Below the pieces are notes generated by a model. It saw only the letters and a program-made list of their open reading frames with translations. It made no database searches and had not been told where the DNA came from. A stretch of 64,000 nt of DNA. It comes from an uncultured Gemmatimonadales bacterium (GTDB lineage: Bacteria > Gemmatimonadota > Gemmatimonadetes > Gemmatimonadales > GWC2-71-9). This document shows, in pieces, positions 27,747-39,616 of the stretch (positions are counted from its first letter, which is position 1; each line of letters starts with the position of its first letter). The position numbers and the translations under genes were made by a program. The stretch is taken from positions 31,173 to 95,172 of the forward strand of contig CAVVKJ010000007.1 of assembly GCA_963748815.1 (NCBI GenBank), in the 5' to 3' direction.

Positions 27747-28637
27747 ATGCGACGACTTGCCCTCCACCTCTTTCTCCTCGGACTCGCCCTCCCCTCCAGC
27801 GGGCGCGCCCAGGCGCCGGCCCACTACGGCCGTGCCATCGCGCCGGACGCCTCGATCCGGATCTTCAACCTCGCCGGCACCGTCCGCGTCACAGGCTGGG
27901 ACCGCGACAGCGTCGACGTCTCCGCGATCGTTCCCGACGGGGGCGGCCGCCTCGTCTTCGGGGGCGGATCGATGGGGGTCAAGCTGGGCATCGACCCGCC
28001 GCCGGCGGCCACCAACTATCCCGGATCGCTGGTGGAGGTTCGCGTCTCGGCCCGGGCGCGCGTCTGGATCAAGACGGAGAGCGCCGAGATTCTCGTGACC
28101 GGACTCACCTCCTCGGCGGATGTGTCGAGCGTGAGCGGCCGTGTCGTGGTGACGGGGGAGATTGCCCAGCTCTCCGCGGAATCGATGGACGGCGGCATCG
28201 ACGTCGAGGTCAACGCCGGCATCGTCCGGTTGAAGACGGCGGGGGGCGCCATCGCGCTGCGCGGGACCGCGACTGACGCGACCCTGAGCACGGTGAGCGG
28301 CGCGGCGACGATGGTGGTTGCCGGCACGGAGCGCGCCCGGATGGAAACGGTCAGCGGGCACCTCACCTTCGATGCGGCGCTCCTCCCCGGCGGCAACTAC
28401 ACGCTCGAGAGCCATTCGGGCGACATCAGCATCCGCCTGCCCGCTGACTTCAATGGAGCGATCCAGTTGACCGCGCTCGAAGGCCGCGTGACCAACCGAC
28501 TCACCAAGAGTCCCGTCAACCGCACCAACCAGGGACGGGGGGAGCTGCTCGCGACGGGTGGCGGGAGGACGACGGCGGAGCTGGTGGCCCGGACGTTCAA
28601 GGGGGCGATCGTGCTGGAGGCCCAAACCAAACGGTAG
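27747..28637 (+). CDS. DUF4097 family beta-strand repeat protein
   Basis: Signal peptide and repeated xTVSGxx/SxxGxI units. Typical ECF neighbour. Confidence 0.8.
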   Translation: MRRLALHLFLLGLALPSSGRAQAPAHYGRAIAPDASIRIFNLAGTVRVTGWDRDSVDVSAIVPDGGGRLVFGGGSMGVKLGIDPPPAATNYPGSLVEVRVSARARVWIKTESAEILVTGLTSSADVSSVSGRVVVTGEIAQLSAESMDGGIDVEVNAGIVRLKTAGGAIALRGTATDATLSTVSGAATMVVAGTERARMETVSGHLTFDAALLPGGNYTLESHSGDISIRLPADFNGAIQLTALEGRVTNRLTKSPVNRTNQGRGELLATGGGRTTAELVARTFKGAIVLEAQTKR

Positions 28638-28697
28638 GACGCGGCATCGAAGGTGGCGTGACCGCAATGCACGCCACTCCCAACGAAGGAGCTTTTC

Positions 28698-29279
28698 ATG
28701 CCCAGCCACCGCCTCCTCGCCGCCGCCGTCCTCGTCCTCTCCGCCTCCGCAGGGTCGGCCGCCCCGGCGTACGCCGGACCACCCTGGATTTCCATCGAGC
28801 TGCCGGCCAATCCGCTCGACCCGACCACGCGGGGCGCCTTCCTCCTGGTGCACACTTTCCATCATGACGATGCCGTGGCCGAGGCGCTCACCGGCCGGGC
28901 CGAGGGGCTGGTGAACGGCCGTCGCCAGACGATTGCGCTCACCTTCGAGAGCACCTCGCGGTCCGGGGTGCGGGCGCTCCGCAAGTCGTGGCCGGACGGC
29001 GGCACGTGGGTGCTCGTGCTCACGACCGGACAGCACGGCGAGGCCACCGCGCTGGTCGGCATCGGGAGCGACGGCACCGTCCACTCCATCCAGGTGCCGA
29101 GCGAGCGCCGGGACGGCCACACCATCCCAAGCAAGGTGTCGCAGCGAGATGTGGATGCGCTCCTCTCGCGACTCGCCTCCAGAGGCAGCGGCACGACATT
29201 CCTGCCCGAGCTGGCGCTGGCGCTCGGCGGGCTGCTCGTATTCCCGGCCGGCCTGTTCGCCTTTCGCCGCCGCGGCTGA
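28698..29279 (+). CDS. Hypothetical exported protein with C-terminal TM anchor
   Basis: SD AAGGAG, signal peptide, GPPWISIELPANP, C-terminal TM followed by RRRG. Confidence 0.7.
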   Translation: MPSHRLLAAAVLVLSASAGSAAPAYAGPPWISIELPANPLDPTTRGAFLLVHTFHHDDAVAEALTGRAEGLVNGRRQTIALTFESTSRSGVRALRKSWPDGGTWVLVLTTGQHGEATALVGIGSDGTVHSIQVPSERRDGHTIPSKVSQRDVDALLSRLASRGSGTTFLPELALALGGLLVFPAGLFAFRRRG

Positions 29280-29432
29280 CCCTCCCTCACCTCCACGGCG
29301 CCGCCTCCCGCCCGGGTGGCGGCGCTGCCGCCGTCCAGGCAGCCGCTTGACGCGCTCCCCGGCAGCCTCAACATTATCCGAATCCCCTGAACACTCCCGA
29401 GTCAGCGTTCCTCACGACTCTCCCGAGGCGTC

Positions 29433-32271
29433 TTGGACGACCCACTGCTGGAACGTTTGCGGCGGGCCCTGGCACCCGAATTCGACGTGGACCGCCGGCT
29501 CGCCGTCGGCGGAATGGGCATCGTCTTTCGGGGACGAGAAGTTGCGCTCGACCGGCCGGTCGCTATCAAGGTGTTGCGTCCCGAATTGGCCACCGCCTCG
29601 GCCCGCGAACGGTTTCTCCGCGAGGCGCGCCTGCTCGCCCGCCATCAGCACCCGAACATCGTGCCGGTGCACCGGGCCGCCGAGCGCGACGGACTCTCCT
29701 ACTATGTCATGGACTTTATCGAGGGGCAGACCCTCGCCGATAGGCTGGCCACCGGTCGGTTGCCCGCCGAGCAGGTCCTCCGCCTCGCGCGCGACCTGAT
29801 CGAAGCGCTCGCGGCGGCCCACGCCGACGGGATCATCCACCGCGACGTGAAACCTCACAACATCTTCTTCATCGGACATCGCGCGCTCCTCGGCGATTTC
29901 GGCATCGCCCACGATGCCTCCAGCGACGCGCTCGAGCTCACCGAAGAGGGGGCACTGATCGGGACGCGGGGCTACATGGCCCCGGAGCAGCTGCGGGGCG
30001 AACCGGCGACCGAACGATCCGACCAGTACTCGGCCGCGGCCGTCCTGTTCGAGGCGGCGACCGGTCGGCGCTGGAAGGCGGTCGACGCGCCGGCGGACGC
30101 CAACTGGCGCGGCATCCCAAGGCCGATGGTCCACCTGCTGCGGCGTGGGCTCGCGATTGATCCCGCCAGACGCTGGAGTTCCATGCGGGAGGCGCGCCGC
30201 GTTTTCGACCGGGCGCGATTCCGCCGCCAGCGCCTCCTTCCGGCGGTTGGACTGGTTGCCGCGGCCGTCCTGCTCGGCAGGGTCGTGTGGTGGGGTCTCC
30301 TCACGCCGGCGCTCCCTGTCCAGCAGTACGCGCTTGCCATCCTCCCCTTCACCGCGGTCCTGCCGGCCGACGACTCGCTCGGCATCCAGGTCGCCGAGGT
30401 CACGAGCATCGCGCTCTCCGCCTACCCGTCGTTTCCCCAGGCGCCCTTTCTGCGATCGGCCGCCTGGCATCGAGACCACCGGACAGATGCCACGGCCGCC
30501 GCTTTGGTGGAGCTGAATGCGCGCCGGGTGATCTCGGGTCGTCTCGAACGGCGGGGCCCAGTCGTGCGGCTGCATCTCGACCTGACCGATTCGGCCGGCA
30601 GCACGCCACTGCGGCCCATCGAGATCGATACCGCGGGCGCAGAGCCGGGAGCGCTCGGCGACTCTGCCGCCTTCGTGATCGCCATCCGGCTTGGCCGCCG
30701 ACCCGGGACCGACCTCGGCAACCTGGCGAGCCGGAGCCCGGATGCGTTTCTCCCCTTCCTGCAGGGCGAGCTGTACTTCGCCGACGACGCCTGGGAGGCC
30801 GCGGCGGAACAGTACGCCAAGGCGGTCGCCGCCGATTCGACCTTTGTGCTCGCCCGGTGGCGCCAGCTGGTCGCGCAGATCTGGTCGCGGGACTTCTCCT
30901 GGGATTCGGCGATCGCGTTGGCCTCCTGCTGCGCCGACCGCCTGCAACCCCTCGATGCCGGCCTCCTCCGGGCGATGGGCGACACCAACCTGCCCCGGCG
31001 CTTCGCCGCGTTTGACGCACTGCACGCGCGCTTCGGCGAGACGGGGCTCCTCCCCCTCCTCTTTGCCAGCGACCTCTTTCACCGGGGACCGCTGGTCGGG
31101 AGGGGATTGCCGGTGTCGCTCGCCATGTTCGAGGAGGCCATCCACGCAAGTCCTGGTGGCATACCGGCGCCGGCCTACGATCAGACCGTCTGGGGAAAGA
31201 CCCGCCTTGGAGAGCGCGCCGAGGCGAAACGGTGGCTCCGCGACCGCAAACGGCTCGAGACGGATCAGCAGGGCGACCTGATCGTGCAATTCCTGCAGCT
31301 CGGCTACGACCTCCGCTGGGTCCACTGGCGGGCCCGCCTCAAGCTCTGGTATTTCGAACGCTTCGAGAGCGACGAGTCCATCAGGGAGCTCGCCAAGTTC
31401 TATCGCTTCAGCGCGGCGTGGGACCTGCCATGGGGCCAGAACGCCGTCGGCAGCGTCATCGCGTCGCGGCTGCTCGCCGACGACCGGGCGAACGGGCTGG
31501 AGGCGCAGGGACTCGCCCACTTCACGTGGGGCCGCGCGACCGAGGGGCTGGCCTTCATCGATTCCGCGGCGAAGTACTTCGGCACGGACGAGGCGCAGCT
31601 GCAGCGCCGGCAATGGCGCCTGCTGCTGCCGCTCCTGGGGGCGGGGCGGGTGGGCGAACCGGAGGAGGCGTCGGCGCGACTCTGGCTCGAGGAACGGGCC
31701 GCCGTCGAACCGTACGCCGCGCGGGCGCGCTGGACGCTGGCCCTCGACGCGCTGCGTCGGGCCGACACCGCCGCCGCCATGGGCTGGATCGATGCGCTCG
31801 CGCAGCTTCGGACGGCGGACAGCGCCTCGGCCCGGCTGGCCGTGCTGGCCACGGCGATCGTCGAGGGAGGGCGCGACCCTCGCGGCGCGCTCGCGACCAC
31901 CGAGCCGCTCCTGCGGTTCGACTCTCCGGCCCCGGGCCAGGACATTTTCACCCGCAGCCTGCTGCACCTCTCGCGAGCGCACTGGTTCGAGGCATCCGGC
32001 GACCCCGACGGCGCCCAGCGCGAAATCCTCTGGTACGAAAACTCCGACACCTACGCATTTCCGGTCCGGGAGGCGCAGAAGATGGAGGTCGACGCCGTCG
32101 CGAGCGTGGCGGCCCGCGTGACCCGTGCCCGCCTCCTCCTCGACGCCGGGAGACCCCGAGGTCGCCTGCCGCATGCTGGCCCGGGTGCGGCAGCTCTGGG
32201 GCAGGGCGGACGCCTCGCTCCGATCCGCGCAGGATCGCGCGGACTCCCTGTACCGCGTGGGGTGCCGATGA
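29433..32271 (+). CDS. Membrane Hanks-type Ser/Thr protein kinase with TolB-N-like/TPR-like sensor region (frameshift near 32150)
   Basis: GGMGIV, VAIKV, HRDVKPHN, DFGIA, GTRGYMAPE, then a TM segment. The natural C-terminus ..EVACRMLARVRQLW..VGCR* lies in another frame and ends in an ATGA overlap at 32268-32271. Confidence 0.8.
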
Positions 32272-34171
32272 TTGCCCTCCGACTGCTCGGCGTGGTGGAG
32301 GTGACGGTGGACGGCGGTGCGCCGCCTGCCGAGCTCCTGTGGAAGAAGAACCTCGCCCTGCTCGTGTACCTCGCGCTCTCGCCGCGGCACACCCGCACGC
32401 GGGAGCACCTGACCGGCCTCCTCTGGGGCGACAAGCCGGAATCGGCCGCGCGCCACTCCCTGAACGAGGCGCTGCGCATCCTGCGTCGCGCCCTCGGCGA
32501 GGAGGCGCTCCAGACCGATGCCGCCTCCGTCCGGCTCGATGCCAGCGCGGTCGCGCTCGACGTAGAGGCGTTCGCGCGACACGAATCCGCCAGGGAATGG
32601 ACGCCGGCGGCGGCGCTGGTCGGCGGCAGCTTCCTGGAGGGCTTCGCGGTACCCGGCGAGTCGGAGTTCGAAGACTGGCTGGTGGCGGAACGCAGCCAGT
32701 GGGAACGCCGGTCGGTGGCCGCGCTGGTACAGGCCGCGGAATCGGAACTGGCACGGGGTGAGGTGGCGGCCACGCTCACCGCCGCGGAACGCGCCGTGGC
32801 CCTGGCGCCCACCTCGGGGCCGGCGATCGCCGTGCTGCTCCGCGCGCTGGCCCTCTCGGGCAACCGGGCCGCGGCGCTGAGCCGGTATGCGGAGTACGTG
32901 GAGACGCTTCACGCACGGCTCGACCTCGCGCCGGAACCCGCCGTCGCCGCGCTTGCCGACCGGATCCGGAAGAACCGGGTCGAACCGCCGGCGGAGAGCG
33001 TGGCGGCGAAGGTGGCGGCGACGCGGCGGCTGCCCCTGTACGGTCGTGCCGCCGCGATGGCGACGCTCACCGAGGCATGGACCGTGTGCTGTCACGGAGC
33101 GAACGACAGGCATCGTGGTGGTCCTCGGAGATGCCGGGCTTGGCAAGACGCGCCTCGTGGAGGAGCTGGTCGCGCGGGCGACGCTCGAAGGCGCCGTCGC
33201 GCTCAACGTCCGCGGCGTCGAGGCGGACCGGACGTCTCCCTGGGCGGGATTGCTCGGCATCGGGCGGGGCGGGCTGCTCGAGGCGCGTGGCATCGCCTCG
33301 GCACCGGCGCCCGCCCACGCGGCGTTTGCCGAGCACATCACCGAGTGGGGAGACCGGTACCGCGGCGCAGGCGGGGCCACCGCGGCGCCGACTGCCGAGG
33401 GCGTTCACCGAACTGGTGCGCTCAGCGGCGGAGGAACAGCCGATCCTGCTGGTGGCGGACGACTGTCATCTCCTGGATGCCGAGTCACTCCAGAGCCTGG
33501 CCTCCCTTCCCCGCGACCTGCCAGGGGCTCCCGTGCTCCTCCTGCTCACCGCGGAGCCGACCGCCGTTCCCGAAGCGGTCGACACCCTCCGGAGTCACTT
33601 CGGCCGCGACATTCGCGGCGGGGTGATCGAACTCGGCGCCCTCGCCGGCGACGCGCTGGGCGAGATGGCACGCGCCGTCTTCCCGCATTTTGACGACACG
33701 GCGATCGACCGGCTGGCGCGGCGCGTGGCCGCCGACACCGCCGGCGTCCCGCTGCTCGCGGTCGAATTTCTGCACGCCGTCTCGTCGGGGCTCGCCTGGG
33801 AAGAGGAGTCAGGCGCCTGGCCGGCGCCCTATCACACGCTCACGCAGACGACGCCCGGCGACCTTCCCGACTCGATCATCTCCGCGGTGCGCATCGGGTA
33901 CCGGCGGCTTTCCGAACCGGCGCAGCGCGCGCTGGCCGCGGCGGCGGCCCTTGGCGGCCGGCTCGGCGCCGGCGAGGTCGGTCGCGCCGCCGGGCTGGCC
34001 CCCCCGCTGCTGGACGCCGCCCTCGACGAGCTCGAGTGGCAGCGCTGGCTGGTCGCGGACGGCCGGGGCTACGGCTTCGTCGCCGGCATCGTCGAGCGCA
34101 TCGTCGAGCGCGACATGCTGACCCCGGGCCAGCGGCGGCGGATGCGCGAGGCGGTGCACCGTCCGGCGTGA
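32268..34171 (+). CDS. SARP/BTAD transcriptional activator fused to an AAA ATPase (frameshifts near 33090 and 33390)
   Basis: LRLLG...LALLVYLAL...LLWGD...FEDWLVAER (BTAD). GDAGLGKTRL Walker A and LLVADDCH Walker B occur in successive frames. Confidence 0.8.
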
Positions 34172-34232
34172 CGCCCGGCTTCCCTTCGGTGTAAAATTGG
34201 GGTGCCACCCGCCGCCCTCACCCTGGATGCGA

Positions 34233-37200
34233 ATGACCGCTCCCTTCCGTGCGCTCATCATCGACGACAACGAACACGAGCGAACGCTCCTCGCCGCCGC
34301 CCTGGCGGAGGCCGGAGGGTTCGAGGTGGTCGCCCCGGCCGGGGCCCTGGCCTTCGTGGACCTCCCCGCGACGCACCGCTTCGACGGGGTGCTGCTCGCC
34401 CTCGAGTTCGCCGAGTGCGGCTGGGCCGACCTGCTGCCGGCGGTGCGTGAGCGTTGGCCGGAGGCAGCCATCGTGGTCCTGGCCGATGGGGCGGACACCG
34501 AGACGATTGCGGAGGCCATGCGGGCCGGCGCCGACGACTATCTGCTGCGGCACGCCGACGACACGCGCCGGGTGGGCCTGGCCTTGCGGGCCGCCCTGGA
34601 CTGGGCCCGCGAGCGAAGTCAGTCGCAGCAGCTGCAGGGCCGGCTGCGGCGCCTGCTGGACGACACCCATGTCGGCGTCTTCCGCTCCGACCTGCGGGGC
34701 CGCCCCGTCGAGGCGAACGCGGCCACCCTCCACATCCTCGGCTACGCCTCCCTCGAAGAGATGCAGCGCACGCCGATCGAGCAGCGGTACGAGCGCCCCG
34801 AGGACCGTGAGCAGATGATCGCCCAGATCCGCCAATTCGGGGGGGTTCGCGACTTCGAGGTGGGCATGCTCCGGGCGGACGGGACGCCGATGCGGGTCTC
34901 GCTCAGCATCCGCCTCGACGGCCCGGAGATGATGGACGGGCTCGTGGAGGACGTGACCGAGCGGCACCGGGCGCAGGAATCGCTCCGGCGCTCCGAGGCG
35001 GAGATGCGGGCGCTGCTGACAGCGCTGCCCGATCTCGTCATGATGTTCGATCGCCACGGGCGGTATCTCCAGATCGCCCCCAACCATCCCGAGCTCCTGG
35101 TCCGCCCCGCGACCGAGATGCTCGGCAGGAACGTACGGGAGTTCCTCCCATCCGACCTCGCCGAGCTGGCGATTCGGCTCATCGGCGAAGCGCTCGCCGC
35201 CGGCACGACCGTCTCGCACGACTATCACCTCGATCTCGACGGGGAGACGCGCTGGTTCCACGGCTCGTTCACGCCGGTGGGACCCGACAGCGTGCTCGTC
35301 GTCGCCCGCGACATCACGACGGAGCGGGCGGCGCGGCGCCAGCGCGAGGCGGACGAGGAGCGGTTCCGCGCCCTGATCGAGAACAGCCGCGACGCGATCA
35401 CCCTCCTGAGCGCCGACGGGACGGTCGTCTTTCAGTCCCCGTCGGCGACCCGGATCACCGGATACGAACCGGCGGACGTCGTCGGGGTCAGCGCCTTCTC
35501 GCTGATTCACCCCGAGGATCTTCCCGCGGCGCTCGCCACCCTCCAGCAGGCGCTTGATGCGCCGGGCCAGGCGGTGCGCGTGACGCATCGCATCCGCCAC
35601 AAGCACGACGGCTGGCGCGATTACGAAGTCGATGGCGTCAACTGGCTCGCGCATCCGTCCATCGGCGCGCTCGTCCTCAATTACCGCGATGTCACGGAGC
35701 GAATCGCGAGCGAGCGGGCGGCGCGGGAGAGCGCCGAGCGGCTCGACCTGGCGCTGGAGGCGGCGGGCGGCGCCGCCTGGGACTGGGACCTCAGTTCGGG
35801 CGAGGTCGCGTTCACGCCGCGCTGGGCGCTCCTCCTCGGCTTCGAGCCGGGGGAAATCGGCAACGACCTCACTGAGTGGGAACGCCGGCTCCATCCGGAC
35901 GACGAGGGCGCCGTCGCGCGTGCGCGCGAGGCGCACGTCGGCGGGCTGAAGCCGGTCTACGAAGTCGAGCACCGACTCCGTGCCCGGGACGGGAGCTGGA
36001 CCTGGGTGCTGGACCGGGGCCGGGTCGTCGAGTGGGACGCGGAGGGGCGCCCGCGCCGGATGGTCGGGATCATGACCGACCTCTCGGAGCGCAAGCGCCT
36101 CGAGGCCCAGCTCGCCCAGGCGCAGAAGATGGAGGCGGTCGGGCAGCTGGCAGGCGGCATCGCCCACGACTTCAACAACGTGCTGACCGCCATCCTGAGC
36201 ACCAGCGAACTGATCCTGCTCGAACTCGACCCGACGGACCCGCACCGGGAAGACCTCGAGGAGATCAAACGGTCGGCCAACCGGGCCGCGGCGCTGACGC
36301 GGCAGCTGCTGGCGTATTCTCGCCGGCAGGTGCTGCAACCACGGGTGACTGACCTCAACAGCGTCGTCGCCAACGTGGACCGGATGCTCCGCCGGCTTCT
36401 CGGCGAACAGGTGACGCTCGTCCAGTCTCTCGACCCGGAGCTCGGCCGCGTCCGGGCGGACCGGGGACAGATCGAGCAGATCCTCGTCAACCTCACCATG
36501 AACGCCAGCGACGCGATGCCGGCTGGCGGAAAGCTCACGATCGCCACCGCCAACGCCGACGTCGTCCTCGACGATGCCGGCCCGGCCGTGACGGGGCCCT
36601 ACGTCATGCTGGGGGTGAGCGACACCGGCATCGGCATGGACGACGCCACGCGGAACCACATCTTCGAGCCGTTCTTCACCACGAAGGGCCGCGGCCAGGG
36701 GCACGGGACTGGGCCTCGCCACGGTGTACGGCATCGTGCGCCAGAGCGGTGGCGTGATCCGCGTGACCAGCGAGCCCGGCGCCGGGGCCACGTTCCGGAT
36801 CTTCCTCCCCAGGGTGGAGGACGAGATCGAACCGGAGACCCCGCTCCCCGCCGCGGGGCTCGAGACCGCCAGCCGCGGACCCGCCGGCACGATCCTGCTC
36901 GTCGAGGACGAGGAGGCGGTGCGTCGGCTCGGCAAGCGCATCCTCGAGCAGGAGGGGTATTCGGTCCTCGTGGCGGAGCACGCGACGGAAGCGATGGCCG
37001 TGGCCGCGGCCCACCACGGGCCCGATCGAACTCCTGGTCACCGACGTCGTCATGCCGGGGCGCTCGGGGGTGGAGCTGGCGCGAGATCTCGACGCGGTGC
37101 GCCCCGGCATCCCCGTCCTCTTCACCAGCGGGTATCCGGAAACCACCCGGGGCCGGTGGCAGCCACCGGAAGGATGGGGTGCCTTCCTGCAGAAGCCGTT

Positions 37201-37261
37201 CACTCCCACCGAACTGGTGGAAGCCGTCCGCGCGGTCACCCACGCCGCGAAATCCGCCTGA
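34233..37261 (+). CDS. Hybrid PAS-domain sensor histidine kinase/response regulator (frameshifts near 36690 and 37020)
   Basis: N-terminal REC-like domain, four PAS domains, AGGIAHDFNN H-box, NASDAM, DTGIGM, FEPFFTTK, C-terminal REC (LLVEDE, TDVVMP, FLQKPF). Confidence 0.88.
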
Positions 37262-38223
37262 TGGACAATCTCTGCCATACGCTGGTCGGCGCCGCCCTCG
37301 CGCAGTCCGGACTCAAGAAGTGCTCCGCGCTCGGCACCGCCACGCTGCTCATCGCCGCCAACCTGCCGGATGTGGATGCCTTCAGCCTGCTCTGGGGCAG
37401 GACGGCGGGCTTCGCGTTCCGGCGCGGGATCACCCATGGCGTGGTGGCGATGGCCCTGTGGCCGTTCCTGCTTGCGGCGCTCATGGTGGCGTTCGACCGG
37501 CTGGGGAAGCGGCGAGGCGCGCACTTCTGGCCGCTGGCGGGGCTCGCGGCGATCGGGGTGATCAGTCACCCCCTCCTCGACCTGCTGAACACCTACGGCG
37601 TCCGATGGTTGATGCCGTTTTCGGACCGGTGGTACTACGGCGACACGCTCTTCATCATCGATGTCTGGGTGTGGCTGATGCTGGGGGCGGGAGTCCTGTT
37701 CAGCGTGCGCCGCGAGCGTCGTGGCGCCGCGAACTGGAGCATGCCGGCACGGGCCGCGCTCGGAGCCGCCACGGCGTACACGGCCGGGATGTTTGTGCTG
37801 GGCCGCCTCGCGGTGTCCCAGGTCCGATTCGAGCTTGCCGCCGCCGGGGTGCCGGTCCGGCGCGTCCTGGCCTCGCCGATACCGGTGACACCAGCCGTCC
37901 GGGATGTCGTCGCGGATGAGGGCGACGGGTATGTGGTGGGGCGCATCGGGGTCGGCGGCAACTTCGTCCCGGCGGGGCATTGGCCGAAGCGGGATCCCCT
38001 CGACGACGAGGCCGACCCCGGCATCTCGATCGCCGCCTCGACGCCGGCCGCAGTGACCTTCCTCCAGTGGGCGCGGTATCCGACCTACGTCGTCGATCGG
38101 CGAGGGGGCGGCGTGGTCGTGCACTTCATCGACCTGCGCTATGCGAGGAGTCCCGACGCCGGGTTCGGAACTCTCAGCGTGCCGGTTCCCACCGGCCAGC
38201 TGGCGGCGGCGCCCCTGCCCTGA
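37261..38223 (+). CDS. Membrane metal-dependent hydrolase (YdjM/LexA-binding family)
   Basis: MDNLCHTLVG, NLPDVD, RGITH, SHPLLDLLNTYGV. Confidence 0.85.
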   Translation: MDNLCHTLVGAALAQSGLKKCSALGTATLLIAANLPDVDAFSLLWGRTAGFAFRRGITHGVVAMALWPFLLAALMVAFDRLGKRRGAHFWPLAGLAAIGVISHPLLDLLNTYGVRWLMPFSDRWYYGDTLFIIDVWVWLMLGAGVLFSVRRERRGAANWSMPARAALGAATAYTAGMFVLGRLAVSQVRFELAAAGVPVRRVLASPIPVTPAVRDVVADEGDGYVVGRIGVGGNFVPAGHWPKRDPLDDEADPGISIAASTPAAVTFLQWARYPTYVVDRRGGGVVVHFIDLRYARSPDAGFGTLSVPVPTGQLAAAPLP

Positions 38224-38241
38224 GCGCGAGGCGCTCCGGCG

Positions 38242-38916
38242 TCATCGTCCCGCCCGTTCCTCCAGCACCGGCCGCAGCGCCGTCCAGACCAGCGCCGCCA
38301 CCCGGCGCTGACCCGCCGCGGTCGGGTGAATTCCGTCCGCCTGGTTGAGGGAGTCGATCCCCCCTACCCCCTCCAGCAGGAACGGCACCAGCGGCACGTC
38401 GAGCTCGGCGGACACCTCCTGGTACACGGCGCGGAATCGGGTGGTGTACTCCGCCCCGAGGTTGGGGGGCGCCTCCATGCCGAGGAGCAGGATGGCCGGC
38501 GGAGGGTTCTGCTGCCGAGCGCGGAGGATGATCGCCTCGATGTTGGCCCGGACCGAATCGGGGGTGAGGCCCCGGAGACCGTCGTTGGCCCCGGTCTCGA
38601 CGATCAGCACCGCGACCGGCTGCCGCAGCAGCCAGTCCACCCGTTGCCGGGCGCCGGCAGAGGTCTCACCGCTCACGCCCCGATTCTCCACCCGATAGTG
38701 CAGGCCCGCCGAGTCGATCATCTGCTGCAATACCGCGGGGTAGGCGTCGTCGGGATCGAGCCCGAGGCCCGCCGTCAGGCTGGTGCCCACGACCAGCACC
38801 AGCGGCACGGTCGGAACGTTCGTCGCGACGCCGTCGGCTGGCTTCGGCGTCTCGGGACCGCCGCATCCCGCGAGTGAGGCGAGCAGGAGCACACCGGCCG
38901 CCGAGTGGAGTATCAT
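38242..38916 (-). CDS. GDSL/SGNH arylesterase lipoprotein (TesA-like)
   Basis: LAGC lipobox, GTSLTAG, GVSGET, GANDG, DGIHP. Divergent from ybbAP as in E. coli. Confidence 0.9.
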   Translation of the reverse strand: MILHSAAGVLLLASLAGCGGPETPKPADGVATNVPTVPLVLVVGTSLTAGLGLDPDDAYPAVLQQMIDSAGLHYRVENRGVSGETSAGARQRVDWLLRQPVAVLIVETGANDGLRGLTPDSVRANIEAIILRARQQNPPPAILLLGMEAPPNLGAEYTTRFRAVYQEVSAELDVPLVPFLLEGVGGIDSLNQADGIHPTAAGQRRVAALVWTALRPVLEERAGR

Positions 38917-38947
38917 TCGGGAAATCGACATCGTCATTGGAGTCCAG

Positions 38948-39616
38948 ATGCTGCGTTGTGAAAACCTGACCCAGTCGTACCGATCGGGCGCCGGTGCGCT
39001 GACGGTGCTGCAAGATATCAGCTTCGCGGTGACGGCCGGCGAGTTCGTCGCCATCGTGGGCCCGTCGGGAAGCGGCAAGACGACGCTGCTCGGGCTCCTC
39101 GCCGGGCTGGACCGGCCCGCGGCCGGCGAGGTCTGGCTGGACGGCGAGCGCCTGAGCGTGCTCGACGAAGACCAGCGCGCCGCGCTCCGCGGCGCCAAGG
39201 TCGGGTTCGTCTTCCAGGCCTACCAGCTGATTCCGACTCTCACGGCGCTCGAGAATGTGCAGGTCCCGCTGGAACTCCGGGGGGAGTCCGATCCGGCCCG
39301 GGCCCGGGCGCTTCTGGAGCGGGTGGGCCTCGGCGACCGCACCGGGCACTACCCGGCCCAGCTCTCCGGCGGTGAGCAGCAGCGGGTGGCGCTGGCGCGG
39401 GCGTTCTGCACCCGACCGAAGATTCTCTTCGCGGACGAACCGACCGGCAACCTCGACCAGCGCACCGGCGCGGGGATCATCGACCTGATGACTGACCTCA
39501 ACCGCGAGGCGGGCACGACGCTCGTGCTGGTCACGCACGACCCGGACCTGGCCGGGCGGGCCCGGCGCATCCTCCGGCTCGCCGACGGCCGCCTCGTCTC
39601 GGACGCGCCCGCGTGA
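38948..39616 (+). CDS. ABC transporter ATP-binding protein (YbbA/LolD-like)
   Basis: GPSGSGKTT, LSGGEQQRV, ADEPTGNLD. Confidence 0.93.
   Translation: MLRCENLTQSYRSGAGALTVLQDISFAVTAGEFVAIVGPSGSGKTTLLGLLAGLDRPAAGEVWLDGERLSVLDEDQRAALRGAKVGFVFQAYQLIPTLTALENVQVPLELRGESDPARARALLERVGLGDRTGHYPAQLSGGEQQRVALARAFCTRPKILFADEPTGNLDQRTGAGIIDLMTDLNREAGTTLVLVTHDPDLAGRARRILRLADGRLVSDAPA

Noticed and set aside
29433-33626. 1397 aa kinase-SARP giant fusion ORF
   Set aside because: The linker is out-of-frame junk. The real kinase C-terminus is in another frame and ends in an ATGA overlap with the SARP start, so a single indel near 32150 explains the fusion.
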